DNA of 62,233 bases, the filler included, from Asterionella formosa (lineage: Eukaryota): the NCBI GenBank assembly GCA_002256025.1. It is 8 parts of 8 records of this genome, joined end to end, with 100 filler letters (N's around TTAATTAATTAA, not from the genome) between each part and the next. Parts side by side here need not be neighbours in the genome. Positions count along the whole stretch, not along the records: positions 7,817 to 15,529 come from NKIB01012401.1; positions 15,630 to 23,336 come from NKIB01012402.1; positions 23,437 to 31,129 come from NKIB01012403.1; 5 more parts are not named here. One strand, 5' to 3'. Position 1 is the first letter of the stretch, and each line of letters begins with the position of its first letter. The position numbers were made by a program, and so were the translations under genes. Shown in pieces: positions 9,813 to 25,430 of this stretch. The notes under the pieces were generated by a model. It had not been told where the DNA came from. It saw only the letters and a list, made by a program, of their open reading frames with translations, and ran no database searches.

Positions 9813-12800
9813 ATGACACAACTACGACCCAAGTCTACTGGCCTTGGTGCTTGGTTCGCTTCTCGAGACGATGCAGGGGTTCCGGAACGTGCCGATGGCA
9901 TTTCTGTCCAATCGAGCATTACAGACTCCTACTGTCCCCGACCACGTCCGCCTCCTCCACCCCCTCGCCCCACAAGTCTCTTTCGAACTTCGGGACGACC
10001 AGAAGATATGGTTATTGCTGTCACCTTGAAGAATGAACCAATAGACGAACCTACTGACTCAACAACAGGCTCATCTGAAGATCTACAACGGTCCACCTTG
10101 ACCGAACGACCACCAAGTCACGTGAGCGAATTGGAGTCCATGGATGTGTCTGATGCAGAGTTTGTGGCCACCGAAGACTTTATTAACCAAGTCGAGTTGG
10201 AAGCAGAGATGGGAATATCAGGATACGAAAATGATGCTTGTGGAGAAGTGGTTTTTCGAGGATGGGAAGCTCAAGTGGAAGAGCCAAAGAAAACTTGGTT
10301 GTGGGGAGCAGTGAAGAAAGAAGAACCAAAGCCACAACCACAGCTTGGTTTTGTCCCACCTCAATCAATTGAAGATGCAATCAAGGAACTTCAAATGCTA
10401 GAAGGTATTCGTGTCAAGTGTTTAGACGAAGCGAGTCTGCAGACGTTAAAAATCGAACAAGATGGAAACTTACCTCCGACAGGCGCTGCACAAGCAATTC
10501 AAGTCTGCGACACGAATGTTAATGATCAACAACTTGATGAGAATCATGTTGAATATTTAGGTGAGACAGAGCTTAGAGCTGAAACACCTGACACCGTTGA
10601 AATGGAACTCAAAATGATCGAAGTTGACAGCTCCAAGATCGCGGAGGAACAACTACCTCCAATTATTCATAATTCATCCGAGCGACTCCCTCCAACTATA
10701 TACAATTCACCTGAGCGACTGCCTCTCACTATTTTTAATTCACCGNNNNNNNNNNNNNNNNNNNNNNNNNNNNNNNNNNNNNNNNNNNNNNNNNNNNNNN
10801 NNNNNNNNNNNNNNNNNNNNNNNNNNNNNNNNNNNNNNNNNNNNNNNNNNNNNNNNNNNNNNNNNNNNNNNNNNNNNNNNNNNNNNNNNNNNNNNNNNNN
10901 NNNNNNNNNNNNNNNNNNNNNNNNNNNNNNNNNNNNNNNNNNNNNNNNNNNNNNNNNNNNNNNNNNNNNNNNNNNNNNNNNNNNNNNNNNNNNNNNNNNN
11001 NNNNNNNNNNNNNNNNNNNNNNNNNNNNNNNNNNNNNNNNNNNNNNNNNNNNNNNNNNNNNNNNNNNNNNNNNNNNNNNNNNNNNNNNNNNNNNNNNNNN
11101 NNNNNNNNNNNNNNNNNNNNNNNNNNNNNNNNNNNNNNNNNNNNNNNNNNNNNNNNNNNNNNNNNNNNNNNNNNNNNNNNNNNNNNNNNNNNNNNNNNNN
11201 NNNNNNNNNNNNNNNNNNNNNNNNNNNNACCAACTTCGTCAAAGAGTTCTTTCTTGAGATGGGGCTTTATGAAGAATCTAACCAAGGAGAAGGTGTCACC
11301 AATGTCAGAGGCCAGGCGCTCGAAGTCGACATCCTTCGGTGGATTGCTCAGACCACCACCAAACAGGGACTTTACTCGCACCTTGAAGGAAGGCTCCTTA
11401 CTCGACAATAAGGAGGAGCGTGACATTCGCTTTAAGTGGAATCAGCAGCTTTTGAGTTCCACCTTTGCACCGTATCGCAAGATGTTTGCAGAAGCAGATT
11501 CGCTAACTCCATTAGAAGATGAATATCATGCCGTCAAGGAAGCAAGAGAAGCAAACGAAGAAAATTTTTCTGAAATACGGGACAGGATGCTGCAAAACGG
11601 GGAGATTACAGAGCGAGAGATTGCTGCTTTCTTTGATGCATTTGCTCTTTGTTCGGTGAAGGCAAAGTCCCTGCAGAGCCAGATATTGGGCATTATGGCT
11701 GTCCACCGTGCCGAAGACGAAGAAAGGACACTACGAAATTCCATAGCAAGATCTGCTGCTATGAATGCATTGATTAGGGACCCAAATACATCAGCCGATA
11801 TCAAGTTGATTTTACGCCATCTAGATACTGCTCAAAAAAAGCAGCGAACTCTCGAAGCACAATTGAAAGAGCTCGGCATTGTTCTAGAAGATATCAAGAC
11901 TGAGGAAGAGGAGCAATTTTACCAGGCATGGGAACACAAGCACGATGAGGAAAATATGGACGCTCTGAAGAGATTGCGCCGCCATATGCCAGTCAACGTC
12001 AAATCGGCCACGGAAGCTCAGCTATGTGGTGAAACAACTCCAAGCGGAAAGGTACTCCCAAAGCGCTTCGCGAAGAAATTCAAGACAACAAACGTGCTTC
12101 AACTCATCCGGATGGGTCCTGGTGATTTAGTTAAAATTCATCCCGCTTCCCTTGAAAATTTGTGCATAGCTGGATTGACTTTAACCGAATCGCGTGCTCT
12201 ACATGCTCATCTCAGACCAATTGGAGAAAGATGGAAGGAAGAAAGGCCCGACGAGTTATCTGAGAGACGTTATATGTGGTTTACAATGATGAAACAAAAT
12301 TTCAACGACGCATTGGCGGATTATGAGCAGCATTTAAAGATATATGGCCCACCAGGAAATCATCCATATGCAACTCGGACATGCCCAGACAGCGGCTGTC
12401 CCTTAATCGGAAAACAATGCCCACTCAAATTGGAGAAAACGTTGGAATACAATTTTGACTATGGATTCCCAGATGGACCAGAGTATGATGAACCAGGCAG
12501 TCTCAAGACGTCGAATGAATTCATGAGAGCCAAGGCTCAAGAGGCTGCTTTAGCGTTAATTGCAGAAAAAGCACTGGATCGACGTGAGAGCTTCGAGGCG
12601 CACTATGCTAGATTCGAAAAGAGTGGCACGTCCATTCTCTTGGCTAATTCAAGTTGTGAGGCAATGGACTACGCCATGGATAGGATGGATTTTTTGCAGG
12701 TTCGATGGATAAAAATGCGCCTTTTGATGGAGCGACAGGGGACTGCGTCCGAGGAGCAAGCACGCATTGAAATTATGGGCTTCACTGAAGCACTGCAAAA

Positions 12801-14143
12801 CGTAAGTTTGGCAGTAGCTCAAGCCTCTAAACGCTCTGGTATGACGTTGACAGAAGCAAGAAAAACGAACAACAAGAAACCTGATTTTCGTTGCGATGTG
12901 GAATCCGGTCTCGCTGAAGAATTGTGTGAGACAGCGTCCAATTTCTTGAATGGCATTGAGGAGCGGCTTGCTACTTCAAAAGTCAAAGATGATGTATTGA
13001 AAGCAAACATCAACCATTTGCGGATATTGTTGGACGATTTACATCAACGCAATGTTGATAATTTGATGAAACTTGGAGTGAGGCGTCCGCCTCGCTCCAG
13101 AAAGCTCAGAACCAGGGAGGAGATTGAAACCCGAATCAATACCAAGCTCAACTCTGCAAGTCCAAAGCAGGAAGTTCTAGCCGGTATTGCTCCTCCTCCA
13201 TTGATGGAGACACGACCGTCAATTAGTGTGGCAACTCGAGGCTCGATTTTTATAGGGCGATCCCCGCCGAAACGGGAGAGGCGCTACGAAGGCATTATGT
13301 CGAAGGCGACACTGTCGCCAACACGATGGACAGCTACGGAATTATTACAATTGAACACGTCGTCCGAGAATATGCCTTCCTCGGTGTCCCCGAATTCCCC
13401 CAATGCAAAGCTAGTCAACACATCGAATATTTCTGAATCGACAACATTGAGGTTGGAACCACAAACTAACGGATNNNNNNNNNNNNNNNNNNNNNNNNNN
13501 NNNNNNNNNNNNNNNNNNNNNNNNNNNNNNNNNNNNNNNNNNNNNNNNNNNNNNNNNNNNNNNNNNNNNNNNNNNNNNNNNNNNNNNNNNNNNNNNNNNN
13601 NNNNNNNNNNNNNNNNNNNNNNNNNNNNNNNNNNNNNNNNNNNNNNNNNNNNNNNNNNNNNNNNNNNNNNNNNNNNNNNNNNNNNNNNNNNNNNNNNNNN
13701 NNNNNNNNNNNNNNNNNNNNNNNNNNNNNNNNNNNNNNNNNNNNNNNNNNNNNNNNNNNNNNNNNNNNNNNNNNNNNNNNNNNNNNNNNNNNNNNNNNNN
13801 NNNNNNNNNNNNNNNNNNNNNNNNNNNNNNNNNNNNNNNNNNNNNNNNNNNNNNNNNNNNNNNNNNNNNNNNNNNNNNNNNNNNNNNNNNNNNNNNNNNN
13901 NNNNNNNNNNNNNNNNNNNNNNNNNNNNNNNNNNNNNNNNNNNNNNNNNNNNNNNNNNNNNNNNNNNNNNNNNNNNNNNNNNNNNNNGTGCCAATATCTG
14001 GTCTTTCAGGGGCTCGGAGTCGATTTGTGTCATCCCCTGTTCCAATCACAAGTGAAGTAAAGAAGCGCGATAGTATTGAAGACATCAAGGCTCGCATTGC
14101 CGCTCGTCGTAACACACGAGCCCCCAAGATTGCTGAATCATGA
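9813..14143 (+). CDS. Large hypothetical protein: acidic/Pro-rich N-terminus, helical/coiled-coil core, low-complexity tail; interrupted by two assembly gaps
   Basis: Open frames 9813-10745, 11229-13474 and 13988-14143 (ending ...DSIEDIKARIAARRNTRAPKIAES*). Joining them across the N gaps is inferred. Confidence 0.65.
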
Positions 14144-14345
14144 AGTGGGACAAAGGGCATTTATTTAAGGGCCTTACCCCAAAGATGCCATACGTTGTTG
14201 GCTTGAATTAGAATGTTAGATTACATGTACCGGTACTTAAGAGTATTGCTTGTAGCTTCCGTTTGCTATGCCTTGCTAGAACATGTTTACATATTGGTAC
14301 TGCACTATATATTCCACCTTCAAATTCATCATTGCTCCTAGCAAG

Positions 14346-15392
14346 CTAAGCATCCAAATCTTGTACCATAAGGACAGCTTGTGGAACCAGACCAACTTCT
14401 TCCAAGGTCTTAACATTGTCACTATCCTCGTTGTACGACGTTTTTGGATAGGACGTGCTCAAGCCAATAGCAGCGATTTCCGGCATTTCATTGTCTGCGA
14501 AGTGCACAGTCAAAAATGCACGCAATGACCCAATCGTTTCATTCCCATAAAATCTTCTTTCAATCCTTCGCCCCGACGATAAGACAAATCTAAGATTTGC
14601 TCCACCCTCTAATGGTGCCGGACGTAATTCTCGTCTCGCGTTCTGCAAGCGTCCTTCTTTTTCTTCCATCACTCGCCTCGCCGCAGACTCAGTTTCTTCC
14701 ACGATTCGTTGCGCGTGTTCTCGCTCTTGCTGAGCAAGCCGTTGTCGTTCTTGATCTGCCAAGAGTGCCGCTTGGTATTCATTGTCTTGGTCTCGGCGCA
14801 ACTGAGCTTCTTGTTCTCGCTGGATTCTGCGTACTTCGTGTTCTGCCATGACCATTTGATGTCGTTGAACGGTAGTGTGCAAGTACGCAATGAGTTGATG
14901 GTGAAAAAGCGTTGCCAGGGTGTGTCCTTGTATTTTCATAATGAGTGCGAGGGACGATCCAGCCGATACTTGGAGGACAGCAATCATGGGAAAGGTGACA
15001 GCCTGTAGAAATTGTGCAAGTTGTGCGCCTTGGGCAGTGTGAATGGAAACCCCGATGCAACTGTATTGTCTTAGAATGGGAACGACAGTTTCGTGGCAGA
15101 GCAAGTTTCTCGCGACTGCATTGGCAGTGCGGTGCAAAGGCGAATGTAGATATACCAGGAGCAAATGATTCGAGTCCAGCGCGTCTTGCTTGAGCTGAGC
15201 AAATCCAACAGTGGCCCATACACCTTCTTCTAGTCTGGGAACCAATGTTCGTAAATATGCAGTGAAGGCTTGAGCGGCCTTTGCCGATGCCTGAGGGGAA
15301 AGACCATCAACCTCGTCAAAAGGGAAAAGAAGGACTGATAGTTTCTGAAGTGGGTAGAGGATGATCCGCAGCAGGAGAATCAGGAGACGCAT
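14346..15392 (-). CDS. UAS + coiled-coil + UBX domain protein (FAF1/FAF2/PUX10-like p97 adaptor), probably 5'-truncated by the scaffold end
   Basis: LLLVYLHSPLH (UAS domain); LRRDQDNEYQAALLADQER (coiled coil); LRFVLSSGRRIERRF...TSYPK...TLEEVGLVPQAVLMV (UBX domain). Confidence 0.88.
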   Translation of the reverse strand: MRLLILLLRIILYPLQKLSVLLFPFDEVDGLSPQASAKAAQAFTAYLRTLVPRLEEGVWATVGFAQLKQDALDSNHLLLVYLHSPLHRTANAVARNLLCHETVVPILRQYSCIGVSIHTAQGAQLAQFLQAVTFPMIAVLQVSAGSSLALIMKIQGHTLATLFHHQLIAYLHTTVQRHQMVMAEHEVRRIQREQEAQLRRDQDNEYQAALLADQERQRLAQQEREHAQRIVEETESAARRVMEEKEGRLQNARRELRPAPLEGGANLRFVLSSGRRIERRFYGNETIGSLRAFLTVHFADNEMPEIAAIGLSTSYPKTSYNEDSDNVKTLEEVGLVPQAVLMVQDLDA

Positions 15393-15857
15393 CCAGGAAG
15401 GTCTTGGTTGGTGGTTATTCTGTTGAGAACAGTAAAGCGCAGAATGAGCTTACCGGTATTTAGGCTTTGCCACTCGTAATAATGAACATGCACAGCACAA
15501 TTATTTTATACAACGGATCAATGACAGAANNNNNNNNNNNNNNNNNNNNNNNNNNNNNNNNNNNNNNNNNNNNTTAATTAATTAANNNNNNNNNNNNNNN
15601 NNNNNNNNNNNNNNNNNNNNNNNNNNNNNAACTTTATTGCTCATTACATTTTAGCCTCCTCCCATGAGATCCTTACGTGGAAGTATAAAACGAAACAAAT
15701 CATATTTGGATCATTCATTTTCTCACAACTTCATTGAATAGTACCTGGTACTCCGGAGTATATAATAGAGTACAATTGTCCTTACTACCTGGTACTACAC
15801 GTACATCCGTCGCGCACCCAAACCTGGTCCCATGGTACTAGGTACTGGTACCTGGTA

Positions 15858-16686
15858 CCATTATTGATGAAAGTGGACTTGTGTGAACTCATGGTGATAT
15901 TAAATGGTCCTGGGAGGGGGGTACCATGGTACCCTAATAGCAATAACCAAGGTAGCGGGGTTATCGACAAATACCAGACTATCCATTACACATGGGAAAC
16001 AAAGGGACTCGATCGGTACCAGGTAACAGTACTCAATCACCAACCGGCAGGTACGACAGTGACAGGTAGCATGTGTCCCAAATGGACCTACGCTGATGTT
16101 TATAACCGACCAAGCAGGGACATATATTTATAGGACTGGCTGCTTAGGAGTGTAAATGGTACCCTGTGCCAATGTAAGTAAGGTGAGCCTGGCAATTGCG
16201 GAAGGTTCGCTCGTTGCGAAAACAATTAAACACAACATGCTGCATTAGACATACAGGCAGGACAAGCATAACAAAAAATTTGACCAAACAGTGGCAGCGT
16301 CGAAAATATGTACCATTAAAATACATATATACCAGCGGCAGGCGATCAACAAGAGTTGTATAGCACTTAGAGGAAGGTAGGTTAACCGATAGGCGTTAAT
16401 AATTTGATAAGTACATCCTTGTTGCTAAAATTTGATCATACGGGGTACCACATACAGTTTATAAATTCTCCCCCCAAAAGCGGCATGACAAAACTCGAAA
16501 GTGACCAATTTCGCAAATGTGCTGAAGTGTGAATGAATACAGGTATTTAAAGTAACACGACAAATCTGTCCTTGTTAAAACAAGTTAAAGTTAGTGTCGA
16601 CTTATGTTGTTGAGTCATTCTCATAATTTAGGTAATTTCATGTAAAAACGACCACCATCTATCTGACCACCCTATCTAATAAATGG
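15858..16686. mobile_element. Possible non-autonomous TA-flanked TIR element; right end clear, left end tentative
   Basis: The right end read on the minus strand is TA|CCATTTATTAGATAGGGTGGTC-AGATAGATGGTGGTC, i.e. a CCA start plus tandem direct repeats, like the other TIR elements here. The left candidate TA|CCATTATTGATGAAAGTGGAC is only loosely similar. Confidence 0.35.
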
Positions 16687-17700
16687 TACCACCTGGTACC
16701 TGGTACCAGGGTGGTCCATGCAAATACGACTGTAGTGAAAGCTAAGATAGCTAGTGTACTACTCCGTAGTAGTCAACTAGCACCGTGTACAAAACTACCG
16801 GTAGACTACTGGTACTGATATGGAATGTGCCACCGCGTCCCACAAAACCTTGCACTGACAATAGAGGAACTTCACATGCCCCCTTTCAACCCTTGTAAAT
16901 ATCCTAGCAAGCTTTCGACCATGACCATCAATTCCCACTTCAAACTCCTGCCAGAGGACAAAGAGCATCTATAGGGTCGTAGCTACTAAGACTGTTGGTG
17001 CTTTGGTATTCTGGCTCCATGCACAGCAATCATGCCCACATCATATCTGAATACATTGTTGACTTGTTGTTCAGTGTCATTTTGATTTACTCATGGAGCC
17101 TGAAACTCGAAATTTGCATGATTGAAAGTGGGGGGCGCAGCTGCAGGCGGGGCGACCTTGAGACCACCAAATGTAAACCTTAGCCCTGGTATTCTTTGTT
17201 TAAGACAATTGAGACTTGTATTTAACTTTATCATCCCCTTTGTATAGCTGTCTTGAGATTTGCGCCTTCATCTCCTCCTTCATGTCTCATTGTGTTTCCT
17301 TCTGCAGTGAATACAGCCCAAGTACCTCATTCCTCTGCTGACCAGCTACTAGTTGTCATTGTGCTCCTCCTGCCGGTTTCCCTTGTGGTACCACCTTGCA
17401 TACAACACTACTACCACCTTGATTGAGATCAGCACCAATTTCGTCAATCTATCACCTTCTGCAATAGTAATAATAATAGGAATTTTCTCCACTGGATTGG
17501 AAGCTGCTGGAAGGCGACGCACAAATACATATGCCAACTTGACATGCCCTGTCAGTCTATCTGGTAGGTAGCCCTGTAGTAGGCATAGCCCAAAAACGGC
17601 CCATAGTAGCAACTATTCTATCTTCAAGAATGCTACTTCACTTGGGAACTGCAGAATATTATTTTGAGCTTCACAAAAATACCAAATTGTTATCATTTGC

Positions 17701-17935
17701 TACCAATTTGAATCCAAATTGGTATCAATTTTAATTTTTCTACCAACCGGGTTTCAATGTTGGTATCTATTCTTGGCGTTAGGGATAGGGGCGGTTTGAA
17801 ATTGCTTGGTTCTAAATTGGTATCATTTTAATTTTTCTACCAATCGCATTTTCAAATTGGTATCTATTGTTGGTATTAGGGTTAGGGTTTGAAATGTTGC
17901 TATCAATTCGGATTCTTGATTTCCAAATTGGTATT
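17701..17935. repeat. 98-bp-period tandem repeat with TACCAA/TTGGTA inverted words and interstitial TTAGGG
   Basis: Units start at 17716 and 17814 (aaattggtatca.ttttaatttttctaccaa...ttggtatctatt.ttgg..ttaggg.taggg). Confidence 0.75.
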
Positions 17936-18170
17936 GTTGATATAAATTACAAGATATATAATTAAAAATTTATAGCGCAAAGTACTAGCCTCGCTACAGG
18001 ATTGTATGATGATCACTCCCTTGTGGAGCAGTTGGGTTAAAAAAATTTGCCATCAGTGTTCAAAGCCAGGTCCATGAATGACACTTGTTGTTGTGCAGGT
18101 GAGTCGAGAACCTGGATTATATATTCTTCTTCATTTGTTTCATTGTGTCTTTCCTAAAATTTGTCCTTGT

Positions 18171-18589
18171 GATGCTGTCGGATGGATTTGGGTAATTTTG
18201 TTTATCTCCTTGAGATTCTTGTCAATTCTTGTGCTTCTTCTTTCATCTGTTTGTTGTTTGTGATGGGCTGTGTAGGTACACGACACGATGGAAAGGAAAC
18301 GGTCTGTCTGGATCTGATTGGGATGCGTGGACATCGTCAATAGCCTTACTCAATTTCATGATGCTGCTGGTTGGATTTCGGTCATTTTGCTTGGTCTATC
18401 TCCATGAGTTTCTTGTCAATTTTTGTAGTTATTTCATCTTTTTGATGTTCGTTATGTGCTGTGTAGGTACGCACAGTGGAACGGAAAAGGTCTGTCTGGA
18501 TCTGATTTGGATGCGTGGACGTCGTCAATTGCCTTACTCAATTTTCATGATGCTATCGGGTGGATTTCGGTCATTTTGGTCTACCTCCA
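18171..18589. repeat. About 190-bp tandem repeat, roughly 2.2 copies
   Basis: gatgct...ggattt.ggt.attttg occurs three times; gtgtaggtac...ggtctgtctggatctgatt.ggatgcgtggac.tcgtcaat.gccttactcaattt occurs twice. Confidence 0.85.
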
Positions 18590-19442
18590 AAGGCAAAAAA
18601 GGGGAATTTCAATGCCCAGTTCTGTCTGGTGGGTTAGTAGAGTGGTCACTTGGTTTTGGATTGCAACGCGGTTCATCTGTTTTGAAGATTATAAAATCCA
18701 TCCACAGTCCACGCACTGGCTGGGACATACCCATGAAACTGGTCACGCCTTCATGTCCACTGAAGATGAGCAGCAGAGATGTTGTCAAGACAAGAGGGGA
18801 TAGTGCAGTAGGTATGGAGGTGAATGCACCCTTTGACAACATGATTAGGTAGGGTACGTCCTCCCTGTGGTAGTAAAGTAAAGACGTTTTCGAAGCATTT
18901 ATAAGCAATGTTGTTGTAGAGCATTGACAGATGTGGGAATGTGGGAATAGGGGAGAGACAAGCGAGGCACCAGTCGGCTTTGCCAGAGCAGGTGTAGTGA
19001 GTGGATAGAGGATTAGCTATCATGAAAGAAGAGGGTAGTGAAAAATGATTGAATGGTGTGGTTCCAATTTTTTCTGAAGTGTAGCTGATAGAAAAGGGGA
19101 AATTTGGGGAAGGGGGCTAGTAAAGAAGAGCCAGGTCTGTAAGAAAGAATTGTCAGGGGGGAGTGGAAGCAGAGAGAATAAAGCAAAGTAAGCAAGACTT
19201 GCTTACTTTTGCTTGGGGTGACCCCCTATTACCCCGATCATTGTCATTTTATTTTTTTAGCCATTTGCCTCGTTTTGACATTTCCGCGTTTCAGCGAAAT
19301 AATTATTATTTACATATATTTATACATAACAAGTCCTGCTACTGTCGATTCAATGAGAGAGTTGATGACGTTCTCTATTTAGTCTCATTAAGCGCCTGTC
19401 CTGCGTCTCCTTGTCCATTTCAGCACAACTGCCGGTACCAGG

Positions 19443-22437
<2,995 letters not shown>

Positions 22438-22577
22438 CCAGGTACGGTACCAGGTACCACAATTGCTTGCTGATATTGCCGCCACGATGCCATCACTCAA
22501 TCCACACTGATGGGCTGACAGAACAATTTTCATTCTTGGAACTAACTCTCTTGACCATCCGAAAGACTAATTTGGTA

Positions 22578-23336
22578 CCACTTAAAAACTGTAAGCCACC
22601 GCTACGGCGACTTTTGAACTGTAAGCCACCGCTAAACGGAGTAAACGCACGGTTTGAACTTAGTTTACAAGATACGCTATTTATTGTCACGAACGAGTTG
22701 TTCAGATTTATATAGCGAGTAAATACTTCCGTACTTGTATTGTTGCATTGTGTACATTGTTAATTAGGTATTATCGCCCAAAGGTTGCTGTCGACGTGAA
22801 ATTGCGAAAATTGGATATTTTCACGTTTACTCGATTGAGCAAGCATCACCTTTTATATACGTATTCAGGTATGACAATATTCCTCCGCTAGAAAACTAAT
22901 TTAGTATCCTCTAAAATTTATTTAATATGACTACGACGGCATTGCGCTTTCGCTCGTGCGCCATAATAAAGAGATAATTTCATTAATGGAAAACGTCAAA
23001 TAGGAATTCCTGGTGCGCCCGAATTATGAGTACAAAAATTAAATGCAAACACACAACAATCACCCATCACCCATCACAACACCAACACCATAACCTCGCA
23101 AGCGCCTCGACAAGGCAATGCCTTGCCTTGAAAGAAATTGTCTCCTGAAGAGTTGGTCAGTGTTCAGATTTGTCTTAACAATGTGATTAGGGAGCTAGAA
23201 GCTAAGAAGGCTAACAATGGTGGAAAAATGCCTTATGGTGCTATTTCTAGGACAGTATCAGCTAAGCAATGCATTTTCCCTTGGATATCTGTTAACCAAG
23301 TGAAGAATGAACTAAAACGAAGTGCTAGACTAGAAG
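22578..23336 (+). mobile_element. 5' end of a Tc1/mariner-pogo-like DNA transposon, cut by the scaffold end
   Basis: TA|CCACTTAAAA followed by an 18-bp direct repeat AACTGTAAGCCACCGCTA (22587, 22617). Downstream peptide KANNGGKMPYGAISRTVSAKQCIFPWISVNQVKNELKR resembles the decayed ORF in the element at 42683-44478. Confidence 0.6.
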
Positions 23337-24538
23337 NNNNNNNNNNNNNNNNNNNNNNNNNNNNNNNNNNNNNNNNNNNNTTAATTAATTAANNNNNNNN
23401 NNNNNNNNNNNNNNNNNNNNNNNNNNNNNNNNNNNNTTACATCAGGAATTGAATGATCACATTTGTACCAGTATATAGACTTCGGATGTACCGGTAGTCT
23501 ACGAGTTACTTGGTTGTACCAGGGTACCAGTCATACCGGTACGTAGGTTAGCGATCATATTAACTGCCCCCCAGCCTTCGTTTGGCCAAACCAAGCTGTA
23601 CGTACGTACATGTACAAGGTACTCCAGTACAAAAGTAGGAGTACAGCCAAGGCAGTTACCGGTAAATAAATTCCAACATGAGGAAGCAGCATTGTCGTAT
23701 CATTGGGAAGTCTCGCCAGTTATTTGTTCAGTTACGTTTTTGCCAGCGAACAGCAGTACCGGTACACTGGTATCATTCTGTGCGATACTCGTAAATATTC
23801 AGAACAGTACCGGTATTCTGCTACCAGGATACCTTGTATATACCAGGTACCTGGTACCTTGCTTGCATATAAACACTTCTGTAAGGAGGGAGGGAGGTTG
23901 ATGGCATGCTCTGTTTTCGCAAGCTCGTTGCGGAGGCATTTTTATGTAATATTACAAAAAGGAAGAAGAAGAATCGCCGAGAAGGTCGTCAAGATTGACC
24001 AAAAATGCTGAGCATAGAGTTTTAGGCTGCCCAACAATGGCACACAAAATTTCGGGAAGAAAGGGGTAGTGGATGCTGACAGTTCCCACCTCCAAAGTAC
24101 ATGTGTAGACTGGAAAATGATGACTTGGACATGTTGCATATGCTCCATTGATATGATTCAATGTGATGATTGTTGTTTACATCATTGCATTGAAGCAGTA
24201 TTGAGTCCTTCCAGTCCAGACTGATCTGTGTCTGCGGAATTTTTCATGTTGTGAATGACACACAACTAAATATTAGTACCGGTAGTTCAATTCCAATTTT
24301 TGTCTCTAACATGTATAACCCTTTAATCAGGGAAAAAGTGCTTTCCAACGATGTATCTAAAGTTAAAGGAAAGTAACAATAAAGTTTTCAAATTGAGCCT
24401 CAAAGAGAGACTGAAATCAGCCTAATGAGCCGGAAAGATTCCGGTATCCTATGTGCGTAGCCATAGTTTACCGGTATGGTTTGTCTTCTGCTCGCCCATC
24501 GTCGTCAGCATGATTATTCTTTTAATAAAAAATATGTA

Positions 24539-24753
24539 CTGAGAGTCAACGTTATGAGTCAAAATGGGTAAAATTAAATGGCTTAGATCTCCATAACTGG
24601 ATGTTCTACTTCAGAACTGATTAAATGGCTGATAGCTATCCCCGTTCTATCGACTACCGGTACAATACAGTTCGTACTTGGTTCTAATATTATCATTTAA
24701 GAAACTTCGATAATTTTAGTCGAAAGAAGGAGGACTGAGACGTTGACTCTCAG
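24539..24753. mobile_element. MITE (215 bp)
   Basis: Perfect 14-bp TIR CTGAGAGTCAACGT / ACGTTGACTCTCAG, extending imperfectly inward. Flanked by TA on the left and TT on the right; AT-rich non-coding interior. Confidence 0.7.
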
Positions 24754-25430
24754 TTTTAGGTGGTTCTCCGAGTACCTGTACTACCGGTATCATGTACCAG
24801 TAGTATGTTCTTTGATCTGAGTGGACCGTCTCTCCACCGCCCGGTTATTTTCACGTGCTGGTTCAACGGACGATGAATATGCCATACAGTATGTTACCAG
24901 GTACTGTGGTAGAGGAGCTGTGAACGCAAAGCAATTACCCCTGGTACCAGGTACCAGGGTACCTGGTACCAAATCAGAGGGAGGTGGGGCACCACCAGCT
25001 GTCTATGTGCCAGTCCTTTATAAGCCCACCGTATGTATATCTTGGTGCTCGTGCTGCACTACTATAGCCGCACCTTTTTTCGCAGTTTGCTGTCGTCTGG
25101 TCCCTAGTACTTCGGTATGTAGTGTAAAACAGCAACCTCCCATCTTACATTCTACTCCGTCTCTCTGCCCTTTGCATCCAGGTGTTATTGCTGGATGCAA
25201 TCATCTGCGGCTTCCCTCAAAAACAGCGAGGAGAGATCAATCATAGCAAGCAAGTACTAAGCAACAAGCCAAAATCGAAATCAAATTAGCGAGTCACTTG
25301 AAACGAGTTCTTTCTGAAACAGAACTTTACTAGCTCAGAACTGTGACTAACATAAGACCTGCAGCTGCTACTAATTTCCGGTGTCGACCAAGTTCGTAGT
25401 AGCAACACAACAATACTGTTACTCAACATC

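Noticed and set aside
18590..19200. Possible decayed non-LTR retrotransposon 3' end (CLACL...HL on the minus strand); similar unassignable decayed tracts at about 41100-42500 and 60960-62100
   Set aside because: Too degenerate to assign without a translated homology search.
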